From Phallusia mammillata (lineage: Eukaryota), in contig OZ281500.1 of the NCBI GenBank assembly GCA_965637545.1, forward strand, positions 24,180,001-24,244,000: a stretch of DNA of 64,000 nucleotides, read 5' to 3'. A model generated the notes under the pieces. It saw only the letters and a list, made by a program, of their open reading frames with translations. It did no database searches and had not been told where the DNA came from. A program made the translations under genes and the position numbers. Numbering within the stretch: the stretch's first letter is position 1; each line of letters opens with the position of its first letter. Shown piece after piece: positions 14,255-27,505 of the stretch.

Positions 14255-14535
14255 CTCATTAGGTCGTATGTAGTTTAAAGATGAGCAACTGCTCTTTACG
14301 GATGATGTTGTTATGATGCGGAAAAAAAACTCGAATGCCCTGACTACTATTTGTAAGTTAGTGGGTGGAAAAACTCTTAGTGCAATTGCAGGGCAGATAA
14401 AGTACAATTGTTTGTCGATAAACTCGCATCAAGTAATAAGGCTGAATCAGTATAACTTTACCGGGATTTGAACTCGTGACCTGTTGCAAACTGTCGACCA
14501 CAGTATTAAATAACAATGCTTTTGTGGTTAATTTT
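14255..14535 (-). mobile_element. Putative tRNA-derived SINE (related copies ~28360-28625, ~44670-44945)
   Basis: Three ~280-bp homologous segments; minus strand carries B-box-like CACGAGTTCAAATCCCGGT; no complete cloverleaf. Confidence 0.5.
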
Positions 14536-14625
14536 TTTATCCCATTCTTCTCTACACAACTTTAATAACCTGAACCAATGTAACCGTTTTATGTTTGCGA
14601 CACGCTACTTATCAAACACTCTAGG

Positions 14626-14773
14626 CAGGGGTCGGCAACCTTTTTTAATGCGGACCGTTTTTGAAACTGACATTTTTTTTCTTTTTAGTGTTCTGGGTTA
14701 ATGTACTATGCGGCCCTATAAAATTGAGAACTTTTGAATGCGGCCCTTGCACTGAAAAGTTTGCCCACCCCTG
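14626..14773. mobile_element. hAT-type MITE
   Basis: TIRs CAGGGGTCGGCAACCTT / rc CAGGGGTGGGCAAACTT; imperfect CTAG-centred flanking duplication. Confidence 0.7.
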
Positions 14774-16216
14774 CACTAGGGGATCTTCACTCTGCAAATA
14801 AATAGGGGGGATTATCACACTGGCCAGCGACGTCATTTCATCCGGGCCGAAATGTATCTAATATATATCTTGGAAAAACTAAAGCTTGAGTTAACAGTTG
14901 GAATTTAATTTACTGTAAAATTATTTTAGCAACAACATGTAGGATTAAGTTCACCCAGTTTTGCAGGACACGTAACAACATTCAAAGGCTGTTTGTTACA
15001 TCACATATAATACTAAAAGTTTGTTATAACGCCTTCGTTATTGTGCGCGAACAAAGGCCTTTCTGTAGTTAATTGTGATGAAATACATGAGTTTTGTCAG
15101 CAGAAAGAGATTCTATTTATAGTTTTCAAATCAATTTTACCAATCGACAGTAGCCCTATCTGATTCTAAATGAGACTGTACTCTTGTTAGTCAGCAAAAA
15201 CGCTTGGCGGAACAAAGTTTAGGACTGACTTTGTTTATAACCTATGTTGCCCTCGCATGTTATTTGTCATTTTTTCAGGCCCGCCATAAAAAAGTTGGCG
15301 ACCCGTGGAATAGGGGATCTTCATGCTGCACTATTAATAGTTTACGCGGTTATTACTCTTGTCACTCACACAGTTTCCGTTCAAAAATACCCGAATCTTT
15401 GAAACTGCATCACAGCAATTCTGATGTTGGGTATGCCAACCAGTATAGTTAATTATCTGGTCCTTTGATTCTGACATTTTTTAAGTAAAACATCTAAAAT
15501 GCACACGATTTTATAAAGCAGAGCCATAACTGGTCGACATGTGTTTTCTTCATTGTTTAGTTTGTTCTTTGTAAGAACGGTTAAAATGATGAATGCACCA
15601 AGTTTTTGTGGGCTAAAGATTTCTACCCAAATATTGTCTTGTTTCAGTTTCAGGCTTAAGGATATTTAATATATTTTAACGAAACCCTACTTGTTTGCCA
15701 GCGTTTTTATTGTGGTTGAATTACATGAACCAACAGGTCACATATATAGTGTATACTGTAATCGATTTTTGATGGGGTTCCATGGTCTCCCATGAACAAA
15801 CACATGTACTTCCATATCGACCGTCAGTGATAGTTGAAATTTCCTTATCGAAGTTAAATTTCTTTTGGTTAAAACGACTCACTTCGTTTGTAACTCACTT
15901 CGTTTGGAGTGTTCAGCCACGGACCATTGTTAAAAGATTTCACTGCATTAAATACGCGGAAACATTTTGCAAAGAATAAAAAACAATTTGCTGCGTATAT
16001 TTTGCGATATCCAAACGTTTAAAGTCAATCACAATTGAGAGTTGAAAGTCAAGTTTAGTTACTACTATTAGAATCAAGTAAATTCGTGGAAGAAGCTTGT
16101 TAGGGTGGAACAACCGTCGGTTTGGATCTCGTGTTTTGCGATGTTAAAACTTAATCACAATTAAGTTGAGTTAAGTGGTCCCTTTAATTACACTTGAGTT
16201 GAGTTGAGTCGATCCT

Positions 16217-19200
16217 TTACACCGATGTAGAGTTCGCTGCTTTGCTTCTAGCAGGGACTTTTGTAGGTTTGTCGTTCTTACAGAGACGAGAAACTGTGAC
16301 AAGATCTCGAGCTGATTTGGTGAAGTTTTTGTCGCGGAAACTGTAAACGACCACGTTCACTAAACTGGAAGAAAAATAATATGTTGTTGTCTTTATCTGA
16401 CTTACTGAAGTAACTGAGATAAATTTACGGAAAACATTTACTGTGACGTTACAATTAATTCACTGTGATGTCACATCGCGACGTATCGTTTACAAAGATC
16501 TCTATGCCTGATGTAATATTTAATTGCGTCATTGATGATGTCGTAAGCTACTGCCAACTGCATGACACTGTTAAACATATTTTGTGGCAAAATCATTATT
16601 GATCAATTGATTTAAGTTTGTTTGTCAAGTTGGTTAAGTGATTTGCTGTGATGGAAGTAAATCATATAATAAAAGAGAATCATAACTTAGATCAGTTCAA
16701 ATTTTCATGAGTTCACCTGATTATCACTACATCTTATAATCCAATGAGCGTAGCGTATATTCACCTGTTTGACATGCTCAGGTAGAAACACACCATGAAG
16801 GGGAGTGAAGCCGTGTCGCATGTTAGGGACTTCCCGAAGAACAGAACTTGCACAACGATCAGTGGAACTTGAAGGAAGATTTGAATGTAAAGTGGATTAT
16901 CTCAATAAGCTTCGATCGTGAAGTTGTTTAACTTACCAATGGTGAGAGTGAAGCCAATCTGCATAAGGATCACTGTCACGAACATGCGTGCTTCTCTTTT
17001 ATCTGTCTTCTGCTGAAGTTGGTTGGATTTCTTCTGGTTGATGTGAACCACGATGATAGTCGCGACACAAGCGAGGCTCTGTTGTGACGTAATAAGATTG
17101 TGACGTAATAAGATTGTGACGTAACAAGATTGTGACGTAATAAGATTGTGACGTAACAAGATTGTGACGTATATGACTTTGAAATTTTTCTTAATATTTA
17201 TAAAAGTGAAAGCTATTTGATATTGACGTGCGTGACCTTGAACTTTGACCTCTAATTTACATTGTGAAATTCTTGAAATTTTGTTTTGGCAAAGGTTTTT
17301 TTTGCAATTCTCGTTCAACTCAAACTTTCGTCTATCATCCGCAAGGTCAATGATTTTTGCAAATTGAGTTAAAGGAAATCTACAGTTCGATGAATTATGT
17401 TTGAGAATCACTTCGTGTCATAAAATTTTGTACGCGTTACCATTATGACGTAGGGAATGACGTAGAAAACAATGAGCATAGCAACGAGAGCATTGTGGCT
17501 TCCATCTCGATTTTGTATTTTCTTCTCAGTGAAGAAGAACAGAAATATCGTGTGCTGATACGTGTACACCATCGAATCAGGAAACCAGGCTGAAAATCAT
17601 GTTGATTTGTCACAATAAAATATCTGGTTGTTGTTTCCAAGAATTTAATTATTAATATATTTTGTAAAGTAATTTTGTTTCATCTGAGGGCAAGTTCAGT
17701 CATTTTAAGAATTATTTTTTTACGCTTGAAAACGAATTAGACAATGTTTGTAAGTTTGCGTTGCTTGGCAAAATATGCAAATGCACATTGGCATAGTTTT
17801 CATCAATATGCGTACAAACTCTTTGCTGCTTTCTAGCGATTACATGTTTCATTTGACAATTTGGTTATTTTAAACATTTAAAGCAGTTTCATACCTGGTA
17901 CAGTGCTGGACACGACAGCCAAAGCCCAAACCACAGACAAGCCGATGTAGATCTGATAATTACTTTGCGTCCGGTACGAGATTGGCCACTTGATGGCGTA
18001 CAAGCGCTGTGCACCCATGAACAGTAGGTGGTACAAAGAGCTGGTGAATGTGAGAAGTAAAAAGATTCCTCCCACGGTCGCTTGAGCTGATCCTCGCAGT
18101 AAAAGTTGGCGCTGATCCAATTCCATCGACGAAACGTTCATCGTCCAACTAAAGTTGTAGATTGGAACCACCAGGAGTTGGATGCCTGCAAAACACAAGT
18201 GACCAAATTTAGATTTGAAGCAACAAAAATGCAAACGGTTTAACTGATGTTGCGTGGCTGCCTTTGGTATTATCTGTTTACTACTTAGATCGGACATGTA
18301 GCGTTCAAGTTTACCAGCAATAACGACTAATGTAGATAAAAATCACAGGTTGACAGGCCTACAAGGGACATTAAAGTGATTCCAAGCCGTCGTGCCAAGC
18401 ATTTCCATGCGTCGAAACGTAGATTAAAAATATATTTTAGTTATGCATGTATGTCTGTCAAAAATGAACTCTTTCTCGTTAGCGCATGCTGCATACGTAT
18501 AGACATCGATAGATTATATTATATAGAGCTAAATTTTGTACTTTTTCCTAGAATATTCCCAAATGTAATTACCAGTGAGAAAATCGGCGATAGCCAAAGA
18601 GAACTTTATCTTGTCGAAACGTCGGAGCCCGAGTTTCTTTAAAACCACCATTACAAGTACGTTGCCGAACACACAGGCCAGACCGAGCAGGACGACGAAA
18701 AATACGAAAAATCCCGCTCCTGTCTTGCTGCATTCTGCGCATGCACACAGTGGTGTGTTTGCGCATGCGCTGTAGGCCTTATCGGAGCAAAATGCTGGAA
18801 AACCGCACAACTTTGAAGATGTGAAATTTCGGAACCGATACAGCTTAGTTTTGTTAAAAGTGCTGTTGAATCCATCAGTAAAGTCGCTTGTTGTGTTGAT
18901 TCCAAAGCGCGTATTGTAGTATTGACCTGCTGACATATTGGTTGAAACGTTCTCAATGCTGATGTTGCTTACTGTTTCTCCATTGAAACTGACTGTTGGC
19001 AAGTCCGTGTAGTAATCCCCAATCCATTCAGGGATCGGTACCTCTAGGTATCGTTCCTCCCGGTCAGTCGTTATGTAGGTTAATTCTGGTTCGAAGATAA
19101 TGTAGTCTTGGCCTGATATATTGGTTGAAACGTTCTCATTGCTGATGTTGCTTATTGTTTCTCCATTGAAACTGAGTGTTGGTAAGTCCGTGTAGTAATC

Positions 19201-19506
19201 CCCAATCCATTCAGGGATCGGTACCTCTAGGTATCGTTCCTCCCGGTCAGTCGTTATGTAGGTTAATTCTGGTTCGAAGATAATGTAGTCTTGGCCTGAT
19301 ATATTGGTTGAAACGTTCTCATTGCTGATGTTGCTTATTGTTTCTCCATTGAAACTGAGTGTTGGTAAGTCCGTGTAGTAATCCCCAATCCATTCAGGGA
19401 TCGGTACCTCTAGGTATCGTTCCTCCCGGTCAGTCGTTATGTAGGTTAATTCTGGTTCCAAAATAATTTCCGTGAAGTTCCGAGCGCTTGTGTTGTGCAT
19501 TGCCAT
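16217..19506 (-). CDS. Class A GPCR R2 (588 aa) with triplicated 61-aa ectodomain module
   Basis: Exons 19506-18573, 18185-17895, 17589-17441, 17078-16937, 16867-16765, 16364-16217; intact frame and GT-AG sites; ends NSTSV-stop. Confidence 0.85.
17081..17170. repeat. 16-bp minisatellite (GTGACGTAAYAAGATT) x ~5 at the R2 exon-4 acceptor
   Basis: Direct reading of 17081-17170; paralogous introns carry only about two units. Confidence 0.85.
18920..19466. repeat. Coding tandem repeat, 183 bp x ~3, in R2 exon 1
   Basis: TAATTCTGGTTC recurs at 19081, 19264 and 19447 (period 183); units 19101-19283 and 19284-19466 are almost identical. Confidence 0.95.
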
Positions 19507-21278
19507 TGTAATTTTATTTTTATATCAAGATCTGGAATGTAAATTTGAAATAAAGAAGTTTGTTTTGTAAGAAATTAAATCCTAGGTAAGGTTTTAGCAA
19601 ACACCTAAATTGGGTCTAAATTTTCGCTCTTTTTTTCCCATTTGATAGCAGAAAAGAATCTAAATAAGAATGTAATAAATAAACTTGACCGACCCATGTG
19701 CTTTCGTTGAAATCTCTGAGGTAAATATATATTATATAATGCATGAAAAGGCCGTTATGTAGTGGAAAATTTATAGCTTAAATCTCAAAACCTTCCCAAC
19801 CTAATACATATAAACAGTTTTTGCTTCTACAATTTCGATTTTGTTAAGATTACATGCTAAACCTTGCCTAGCCTTCCTCCAAATTTGTAAGTTTGTTTCT
19901 CTATTTACACTGATGATCCAGAAATGTAACAATTTGTCTACCGTTTTGCATCAAAAAGAGTTTTTAACAATCTAACGTAGCACGATATGATAGCATGTCT
20001 TGATTTCGATGAGCCTTATATCGAGACTTTACTGTATTTCTATCACTGGTGTTGTGCAAGGTCTTTGCGCTGAACTTTATAACCGCGCTATTACTCCGGT
20101 CACGAACATAAAATTTTCGTTCAAAATCATCGGGACATCCGGTATTGCATCATTACATTTTCGATGCGATGTAAACAACCCATTATAGTTTGTTATAACG
20201 TGTACGACCTTTCGATTCTTTTTCGGTATTTTCGGTAAAACAGCTAAAACCACACGAATTTACAATTAGTACAGAGAGAAAGTAAAATCAAAAGCAGGTG
20301 GTAACGTTAATGAATAAATTTTTCACAAATGTTACACTCATTGATTTGTGTGAATACGATAATAATAGTCAATTAATAATGCACTAATTTTCGGTTAGGC
20401 AAAATACAATTCATTATTTTTTAGTGCCAATGTTCTAACATATTGGATTACACAAGCATGCTTGAACACTTTTGCTTTTATTAATTGCTTCCGCATTATT
20501 ACAACACCGCCCATGCAGCGACTCGTATTTAAACTAAATGCAATATGTTGAGTCATTTATTAGTGATGTAGCAATTTTCGGTTGGCTAAAAATTCTGAAT
20601 ATATCCTTGTTTCGTTTGCCGCTCAAAGTTATTTAAAAGTTCAACGGTAATTCAAGTTTAATGCGTATAACATCGTAATTTAAACTATATAGAGTTAAAA
20701 TGACTCATGAGGTGGCATTTACTTTGAATGTGAACAATTACGGTACATGGGTGGTGTTGCAATAATGCGGAATAAAAAAGTGATAACAAGGGTTTGGGCA
20801 TACTTTAAGCAAACCGATATGCTTAAATATAGCACTTAGCAAGAAGCAAGTGTTGATTGTCATTGAAAACATAATGTTGAAACTTACAGAAATATTACAT
20901 GAATAGAGCATTTTTTTAAAGTATATTATTCAGGTATGAAAAAACACTGTGTTTGTAAGACAATACGAATTTGGGACAAACATTTAACGGGTTTTAAAAA
21001 AGTTGGTGTGTTATAAAGAATCTCGACGTACAATACATTATTACAAATCATCGCATATATTTACCAAATAAAAAACGCTTTTACATGAACTGCCAACAAC
21101 GTTTGGTCTTTTCTTATCTCTGTTACATTGCGCCAATTCTGGTTTAAACAAATCACTTTGTTCGTAACAGAGTTTATACTCCCAGCCCGTCGAAAATGCT
21201 GCTGTTTTATATGTTAGCTGTGAAAACAGAAACCAGATTGAACCGCCCTATTGGCTTAATTTGAGTTGAATGGTTCCC

Positions 21279-24180
21279 TCACACCGATGTTGAGTTTGTT
21301 GCTTTGCTTCTAGCAGGGGATTTTGTAGGTTTGTCGTTCTTGCAGAGACGAGAAACTGTGAGAAGATCTCGAGCTGATTTGGTAAAGTTTTTGTCGCGGA
21401 AACTGTAAACGACCACGTTCACTAAACTGGAAAAAAAATAAGATGTTGTTGTCTTTATCGGACTTTTTTAGCATAGTTTGTAAGCTTGCGGACAACATTC
21501 AGTGTGACGTTACAATTAATTTACTGTGACGTCACATCACAACGTAATCTATATAAACGGCTACATGCTTGATGTAAGATTTTTTTGCGTCACTGATGAT
21601 GTCAATTAAACTACTGCTAATTGCATGACATTGTTAACCACGTTTTGCGGCAGAAAAATTATGTATTAATTTATTAAAGGGTCGTCAAGTTGGTTAAGTG
21701 ATTTGCTGTGATGGTAATAAATGATAAATTGAGTTAGTTCAAGTTTTCATGAGTTCACCTGATTATCACTACATCTTATAATCCAATGAGCGTAGCGTAA
21801 GTTTACCTGTTCGACATGCTGAGATAGAAACACAGCATGAAGGGGAGTGAAGCCGTGTCGCACGTTAAGGACTTCCCGAAGAACAGAACTTGCACAACGA
21901 TCAGTGGAACTGGAAGGAAGATTTGAGTGTAAAGTGAATTGTCTGAAAAGCTCCGATCGTAAAGTACTTCAACTTACCAATGGTGAGAGTGAAGCCAATC
22001 TGCATAAGGATCACTGTCACGAACATGCGAACTTCTCTTTTATCTGTCTTCTGCCGAAGTTGGTTGGATGTCTGCTGGTTGATGTGAACCACAATGATGG
22101 TTGCGACACAAGCGAGGCTCTGTGATGACGTAGTAAGATTATGACGTAACAAGACTGTGACGTATATGACCTTGAAATTTGACCTCTAATTTTCTTAGTA
22201 TTGATAAAAGTGAAAGCTATTTAATATTGACGTGCATGACCTTGAATTTTGACCTCTAATTGTCATTGTGAAATTCTTGAAATTCTGTTTTGGCAAGTGT
22301 TTATTAACGTAAACGTTAGGAAAAAGCTAATTCCGGTTAATAACAAAATCTGTTTAATTGCAATTTTAGTTCAACTCAAACTTTCGTCCATCACTTAAAG
22401 GTCAATGATTTTTGCAACTTGAGTTAAAGGAAAAACTACAGTTCGATAAGTCATGTTTGAGACTCAATGCTTGTAATAAACTTTTCACACATTACCATTA
22501 TGACGTAGGGAATGACGTAGAAAACAATGAGCATAGCAACGAGAGCATTGTGGCTTCCGTCTCGATTTTGTATTTTCTTCTCAGTGAAGAAGAACAGGAA
22601 TGTCGTGTGCTGATACGTGTACACCATCGAATCAGGAAACCAGGCTGAAAATCATGTTGATTTGTCACAATAAAATATCTTGTTGTTGTTTCGACAAATC
22701 TAATTCAAAATTTTGGCAATTTTGTTTTTATCTGAGGGAGTGTTCAGTGTGTTTTAGAAATACCCATTTGAAAACAAGTTAGATAATGTTTGTAAATTTT
22801 TCTTGCTTGACAAAATATGTGCATACACATTGGCATTCATCAATATGCGTATAAACTTTTAACTTCTCTTTAGTGATTTCTAGTTTCATTGGAGAACTTA
22901 GTTATTTTCAACATTTAAAGCAGTTTCATACCTGGTACGGTGCTAGACACGACAGCCAAAGCCCAAACCACAGCCAAACCGACGTAGACGTGAAAATCAC
23001 TTCGCGTCCGGTATGAGATTGGCCACTTGATGGCGTACAAGCGCTGTGTACCCATGAACACTAGGTGGTACAAAGAGCAGGTGAATGTAAGAAGGAGAAA
23101 GATTCCTCCCACAGTCGCTTGAGCTGATCCTCGCAGTGAAAGTTGACGCTGATCTAATTCCATCGAGGTAACGTTCATCGTCCGACTGAAGTTGTAGATT
23201 GGAACCACCAGAAGTTGGACGCCTGAAAAACATATGAACAAATCCGGACTTGAAGCACCAAAAAATGCAAACGGTTTAACTGATGTTGCATGGCTGTCTT
23301 TGGAGCATTACCTTTTACTAACTGTTTACTACTTAGATCGGACATGTAGGGACTGATTCTTATAAAATCACAGGTTGACAGGTCTACAAGGGACATTATG
23401 CTGCACCAAGTCTGTCAGTCAAGCATTTGGCCACGCTCACAAACGTATAGGTAAGAACAATGAACCAAGTTACAGATGTATGTCTGTGAACATCGAACTT
23501 TTTACATGCTGCCTACGTAAGGACTTCGATAGATTGGTCTTACATAGAGCTCAATTTTGTACTTTTCAATAATATCCCCAAATGTGTTTACCAGTGAGAA
23601 AATCAGCGATAGCCAAAGAGAATTTCATCTTGTCGAAACTTTGACGGAGCCCGAGTTTCTTTAACACCACCATTACAAGTACGTTGCCGAACACACAGGC
23701 CAGACCGAGCAGGACGACGAAAAATACGAAAAATCCCGCTCCTGTCTTGCTGCATTCAGCACATGCGCACAGTGGTGTGTTCGCACATGCGCTGTAGGCC
23801 TTGTTGGAGCAAAAAGCGGGAAAACCACACAACTTTGATGTAAAATTTCGGAACCAATACAGCCAAGTTTTGTTGATAGTGTTGTTGAATCCATCAGAAA
23901 AGTCGCTTGTTGTGTTGATTCCAAAGCGCGTATTGTAGTCTTGGCCTGATATATTGGTTGAAACATTCTCAATGCTGATATTGCTTAATGTTTCCCCTAC
24001 GTTGCCAGTTGTTGGAGAGGTATTGCTTGTTAAGAGCTGTCTCAAATATTTTAGAACCTCGTAACGACTTAACGACTCTCGGATAACTAATACATAGGCC
24101 CCGCCGCCACTTGATTCAATTATAACCGAGGCGTCATCGTAGTTTGAGGAGTTCGTACTACTTGTGTTTTGCAATGCCAT
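21279..24180 (-). CDS. Class A GPCR R3 with proximal first exon V5 (473 aa)
   Basis: Exons 24180-23592, 23222-22932, 22644-22496, 22119-21978, 21909-21807, 21426-21279; intact, GT-AG. Confidence 0.85.
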
Positions 24181-25011
24181 TGCGAGTTTAGATAAGTTTT
24201 TTACCCAATGTATTCTTAAAATGAAGAAGTTTTTTTAACTTATGCTTAAATGAGAGTTCCGCGATCACCCAAAGGAACACTTTTGCTACACAAGTAAACC
24301 CTGTTCTTTTTTACATTTAAATAAGAAACTTAACGTATAATCAAAAAAGCTAAAAAAGAATGTAAAATATAAACTTCCAACTGATCTTGCTTTCGTTGCA
24401 ATAATGAATGTAAAGGTTGTTGCTAAGTGGGAAGTTAAAACGTTCAGTAAAAAACATTTGAAAGCTGAACCCTCCTGGTTATATACACGTAAGAAACGTT
24501 GTCTAATCTTCTTCGTGTTTCCTTTTTAACTTTAGTTTGTTTCTATATTCACACTGATACATTCAGAATTCTTACCAACTTGTCTGTTATCTGTCCATCA
24601 TTTTTGGCTGAAAAACACACATGTCTTGCTGCCAATGTACTTTCATGTGTGGAATCAATTTTACAAGAATCACTAAAAAAGTGCCTGATCTTAGCGCTGT
24701 GCCTAAATACTAAACCGTGCCATTACTTCTGTCACGAACATAGAATTTCTGTTAAGACCAACCATTGCAAAACTGCATCGCAATAATCGTCATATTAAGC
24801 AAGTTTTGCAGCATAACAACATATCCGATGTCACGATCATGTTTCGGTATGTTTAAAGTAGAAAACCTAAGATCCGTACGAACATGTGCGCCAGTACGAA
24901 GGGGTAATAGCCTCCTTCCCTCATTTGGTATATCATTGTCCCAAATTTAACTTAAATTTAGCATATTTTACCAAAAAATGTTGATGAATGAAAACGTGTC
25001 ATGTTCTAAGA

Positions 25012-25207
25012 CAGTAGTTCTCAATATTTCAGTGTCGAGGTCAAATGGTAGTTTTTTAAGTGTATAAGGAGCTGCAAAATCACTAAAGATTTTTACTTTG
25101 AAATCTAAAATAGCAATCTTTAGTGGTTTTCTGCGGTCTGGTGCGAGCCACAAAATAAGTTGTTGGGAGCCGTATGCGGCCCTGAGAGCCGCGGTTAAGA
25201 AATACTG
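25012..25207. mobile_element. hAT-type MITE (paralogue at 34793-34993)
   Basis: Imperfect CAGT..TTCTCAA-type TIRs; same position in the duplicated spacer. Confidence 0.6.
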
Positions 25208-25824
25208 TTCAAAAAAGTTATAAAGAAAAATTTGTTCAGGGATGCACCGAAGCTTTGGTTGGCTGCAAAATTCTGTCGAAGTATTTCCTTGTGTCGGTTT
25301 TGGCTCAGACACATTCAACATTGCGTTCTTTACTTGTTTCTAAGAGAATAGACTGATAACGTAGAGCGATGGTGAAGTCAGGCATAGTTTAGTAATTTAC
25401 GTACAATTTGTTTCGAAAACAGACTTTGATTTGTTGTACGAAATTTTGCTTATTCTGATGTGTATTTTTTTGTGTAAGTTCGCATGGATCCCATGTTTTG
25501 TGAGGTTTAAAGCCTAAATATACACTAAAGTTTTTGCATTTTGTTGTATTATTTGGAAAAATTTGTGAATAAGAATTTTTTGTGGTTTAATAAATTACAA
25601 GTTACGTCATAGTCCGGAAACACGCAGCACCCAATAAGCGCAACAGATGTTTTTAGGTAACCCTGCATAAAAGACTGAACAACGAAAGTGTACATTTCGA
25701 ATTACATTTACCACTGCCTTTTGCGCATGTTGCTTGTGCATGTATCCAGTAAGATGGCCAGATGGACCGTAGTTATCGTTACAAATTATTACTGGGATAT
25801 CAATAGTATAAAAAATATCTTTAC

Positions 25825-26278
25825 CTGTTAGAAAATCGACGACAGCCAAAGAGAACTTCATCTTGTTGAAACTTTGACGGAGCCCGAGTTTCTTTAACAC
25901 CACCATTACAAGTACGTTGCCGAACACACAGGCCAGACCGAGCAGGACGACGAAAAATACGAAAAATCCCGCTCCTGTCTTGCTGCATTCTGCGCATGCG
26001 CACAATGGTGTGTTCGCGCATGCGCTGTAGGCCTTGTTGGAGCAAAAGGCGGGAAAACCACATAATTTTGAAACAAGGATGAGACGCAAACTCGGTCCAG
26101 TGGCGTTAAATCGATTAAAATTAGTAGGACTGTTGTTATATTTGGTGCCAAGGTTTTCTAAACCCGACCATTCTTTCGGTATGAAGTATTTTTCATCTAT
26201 TCTATCAGTGGTTATCAAGTGGGGCGTCCCTACAAATATACTTAAAAAATACGTGGCGTTTATTTGTGACAAATCCAT
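25825..26278 (-). CDS. Surplus GPCR first exon V6 (MDLSQ type), candidate alternative exon 1 of R3
   Basis: 454 nt, open, donor ACAG|GTAAAG; no exons 2-6 between it and V5. Confidence 0.7.
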
Positions 26279-26916
26279 GTCAAATTTACTTGAAGTTGTA
26301 TTGCCAGTTTTATGTTGATTTCAAAACTGAATTGAGAAAAAAAGGGATTTAGTATGTGTTCAATTTCTTCCAAGATTTCTTGCCAACCGTAACTATTTCT
26401 AACAATTTAGCGCTGATAACATATCGTTTGTCCTATAATTTCACTTCCAATCTTTTCCACAAATAATTTACTCAACGTTTTGCCAAAGCTGATTTTGCCT
26501 ACAAGTCATCAAATAATTACATTTCGACGTAAAAACTCAATAAATCATCAATAGAAAACTCTTTTCCCTCTTAAAAAATAACTTATAATGTCAGGGCGCC
26601 TGATACTTCTAAACTCCGTATCCGGACATCAACGTGTTTACAAACGCTCAACTAGTTCATGTGACTCATCGGGTCGTATGTTGTTTGTGTACGAGTGCTT
26701 GGTCTGGCGCACGGACGGTGTTGCCATGGTTACGAGTGACGAATGTGACATCAGACAAAGGAACACCGAAAATACTTTACAGAAAAGAGGACTTGTTATT
26801 GCATTGATAAAAATATATTCTGTCAAAACAGTTCGTGGTTTTGTGTCTAAGAAAATAGTTTAATGCTGTATTAGCGATACAACCGAACTAACATCATCCT
26901 TAACTATTTCACTAAC

Positions 26917-27505
26917 CAGTGAGAAAATCGGCGACAGCCAAAGAGAACTTCATCTTGTTGAAACTTTGACGGAGCCCGAGTTTCTTTAACACCGCCATTA
27001 CAAGTACGTTGCCGAACACACAGGCCAGACCGAGTAGGACGACGAAAAATACGAAAAATCCCGCTCCTGTCTTGCTGCATTCTGCGCATGCGCACAGTGG
27101 TGTGTTTGCGCATGCGCTGTAAGCCTTATTGGAGCAAAAGGCGCGAAAACCACACAATTTTGAAGTTGTGAAATTTCTGAACCGATACAGTATAGTTTTG
27201 TTAAAAGTGCTGTTGAATCCTCCAGAAAAGTTAATTCCTTCAGAAAAGTTGAATCCCTTAGTTAAACTGCTTGTTGTGTTGATTTCAAAGCTCGTATTGT
27301 TGACTTGGCCTGATATATTGGTTGAAACGTTTCGAGTGCTGATGTTACTTAATGTTTCTGCGTTAAACTCCAGTATTGGCAAGTTATCGTAGCCGACTCC
27401 AGCTGGCCACTGATTTGAATCATCCTGGTAATAGTAGAATAGTTCTCTAACCGCCATTACGTAATAATAACTTGTTACGCTGAGAAAATTTTGAAGCGCT
27501 TCCAT
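26917..27505 (-). CDS. Surplus GPCR first exon V7 (V3 paralogue), candidate alternative exon 1 of R3
   Basis: 589 nt open from ATG 27505, donor G|GTTAGT. The ATG homologous to V3 (27518) is out of frame and ends after 23 codons, so the exon may be partly decayed. Confidence 0.55.

Noticed and set aside
17081-19466. CRISPR-like array from the 16-bp and 183-bp repeats
   Set aside because: Head-to-tail tandem repeats without unique spacers, in a spliced eukaryotic gene.
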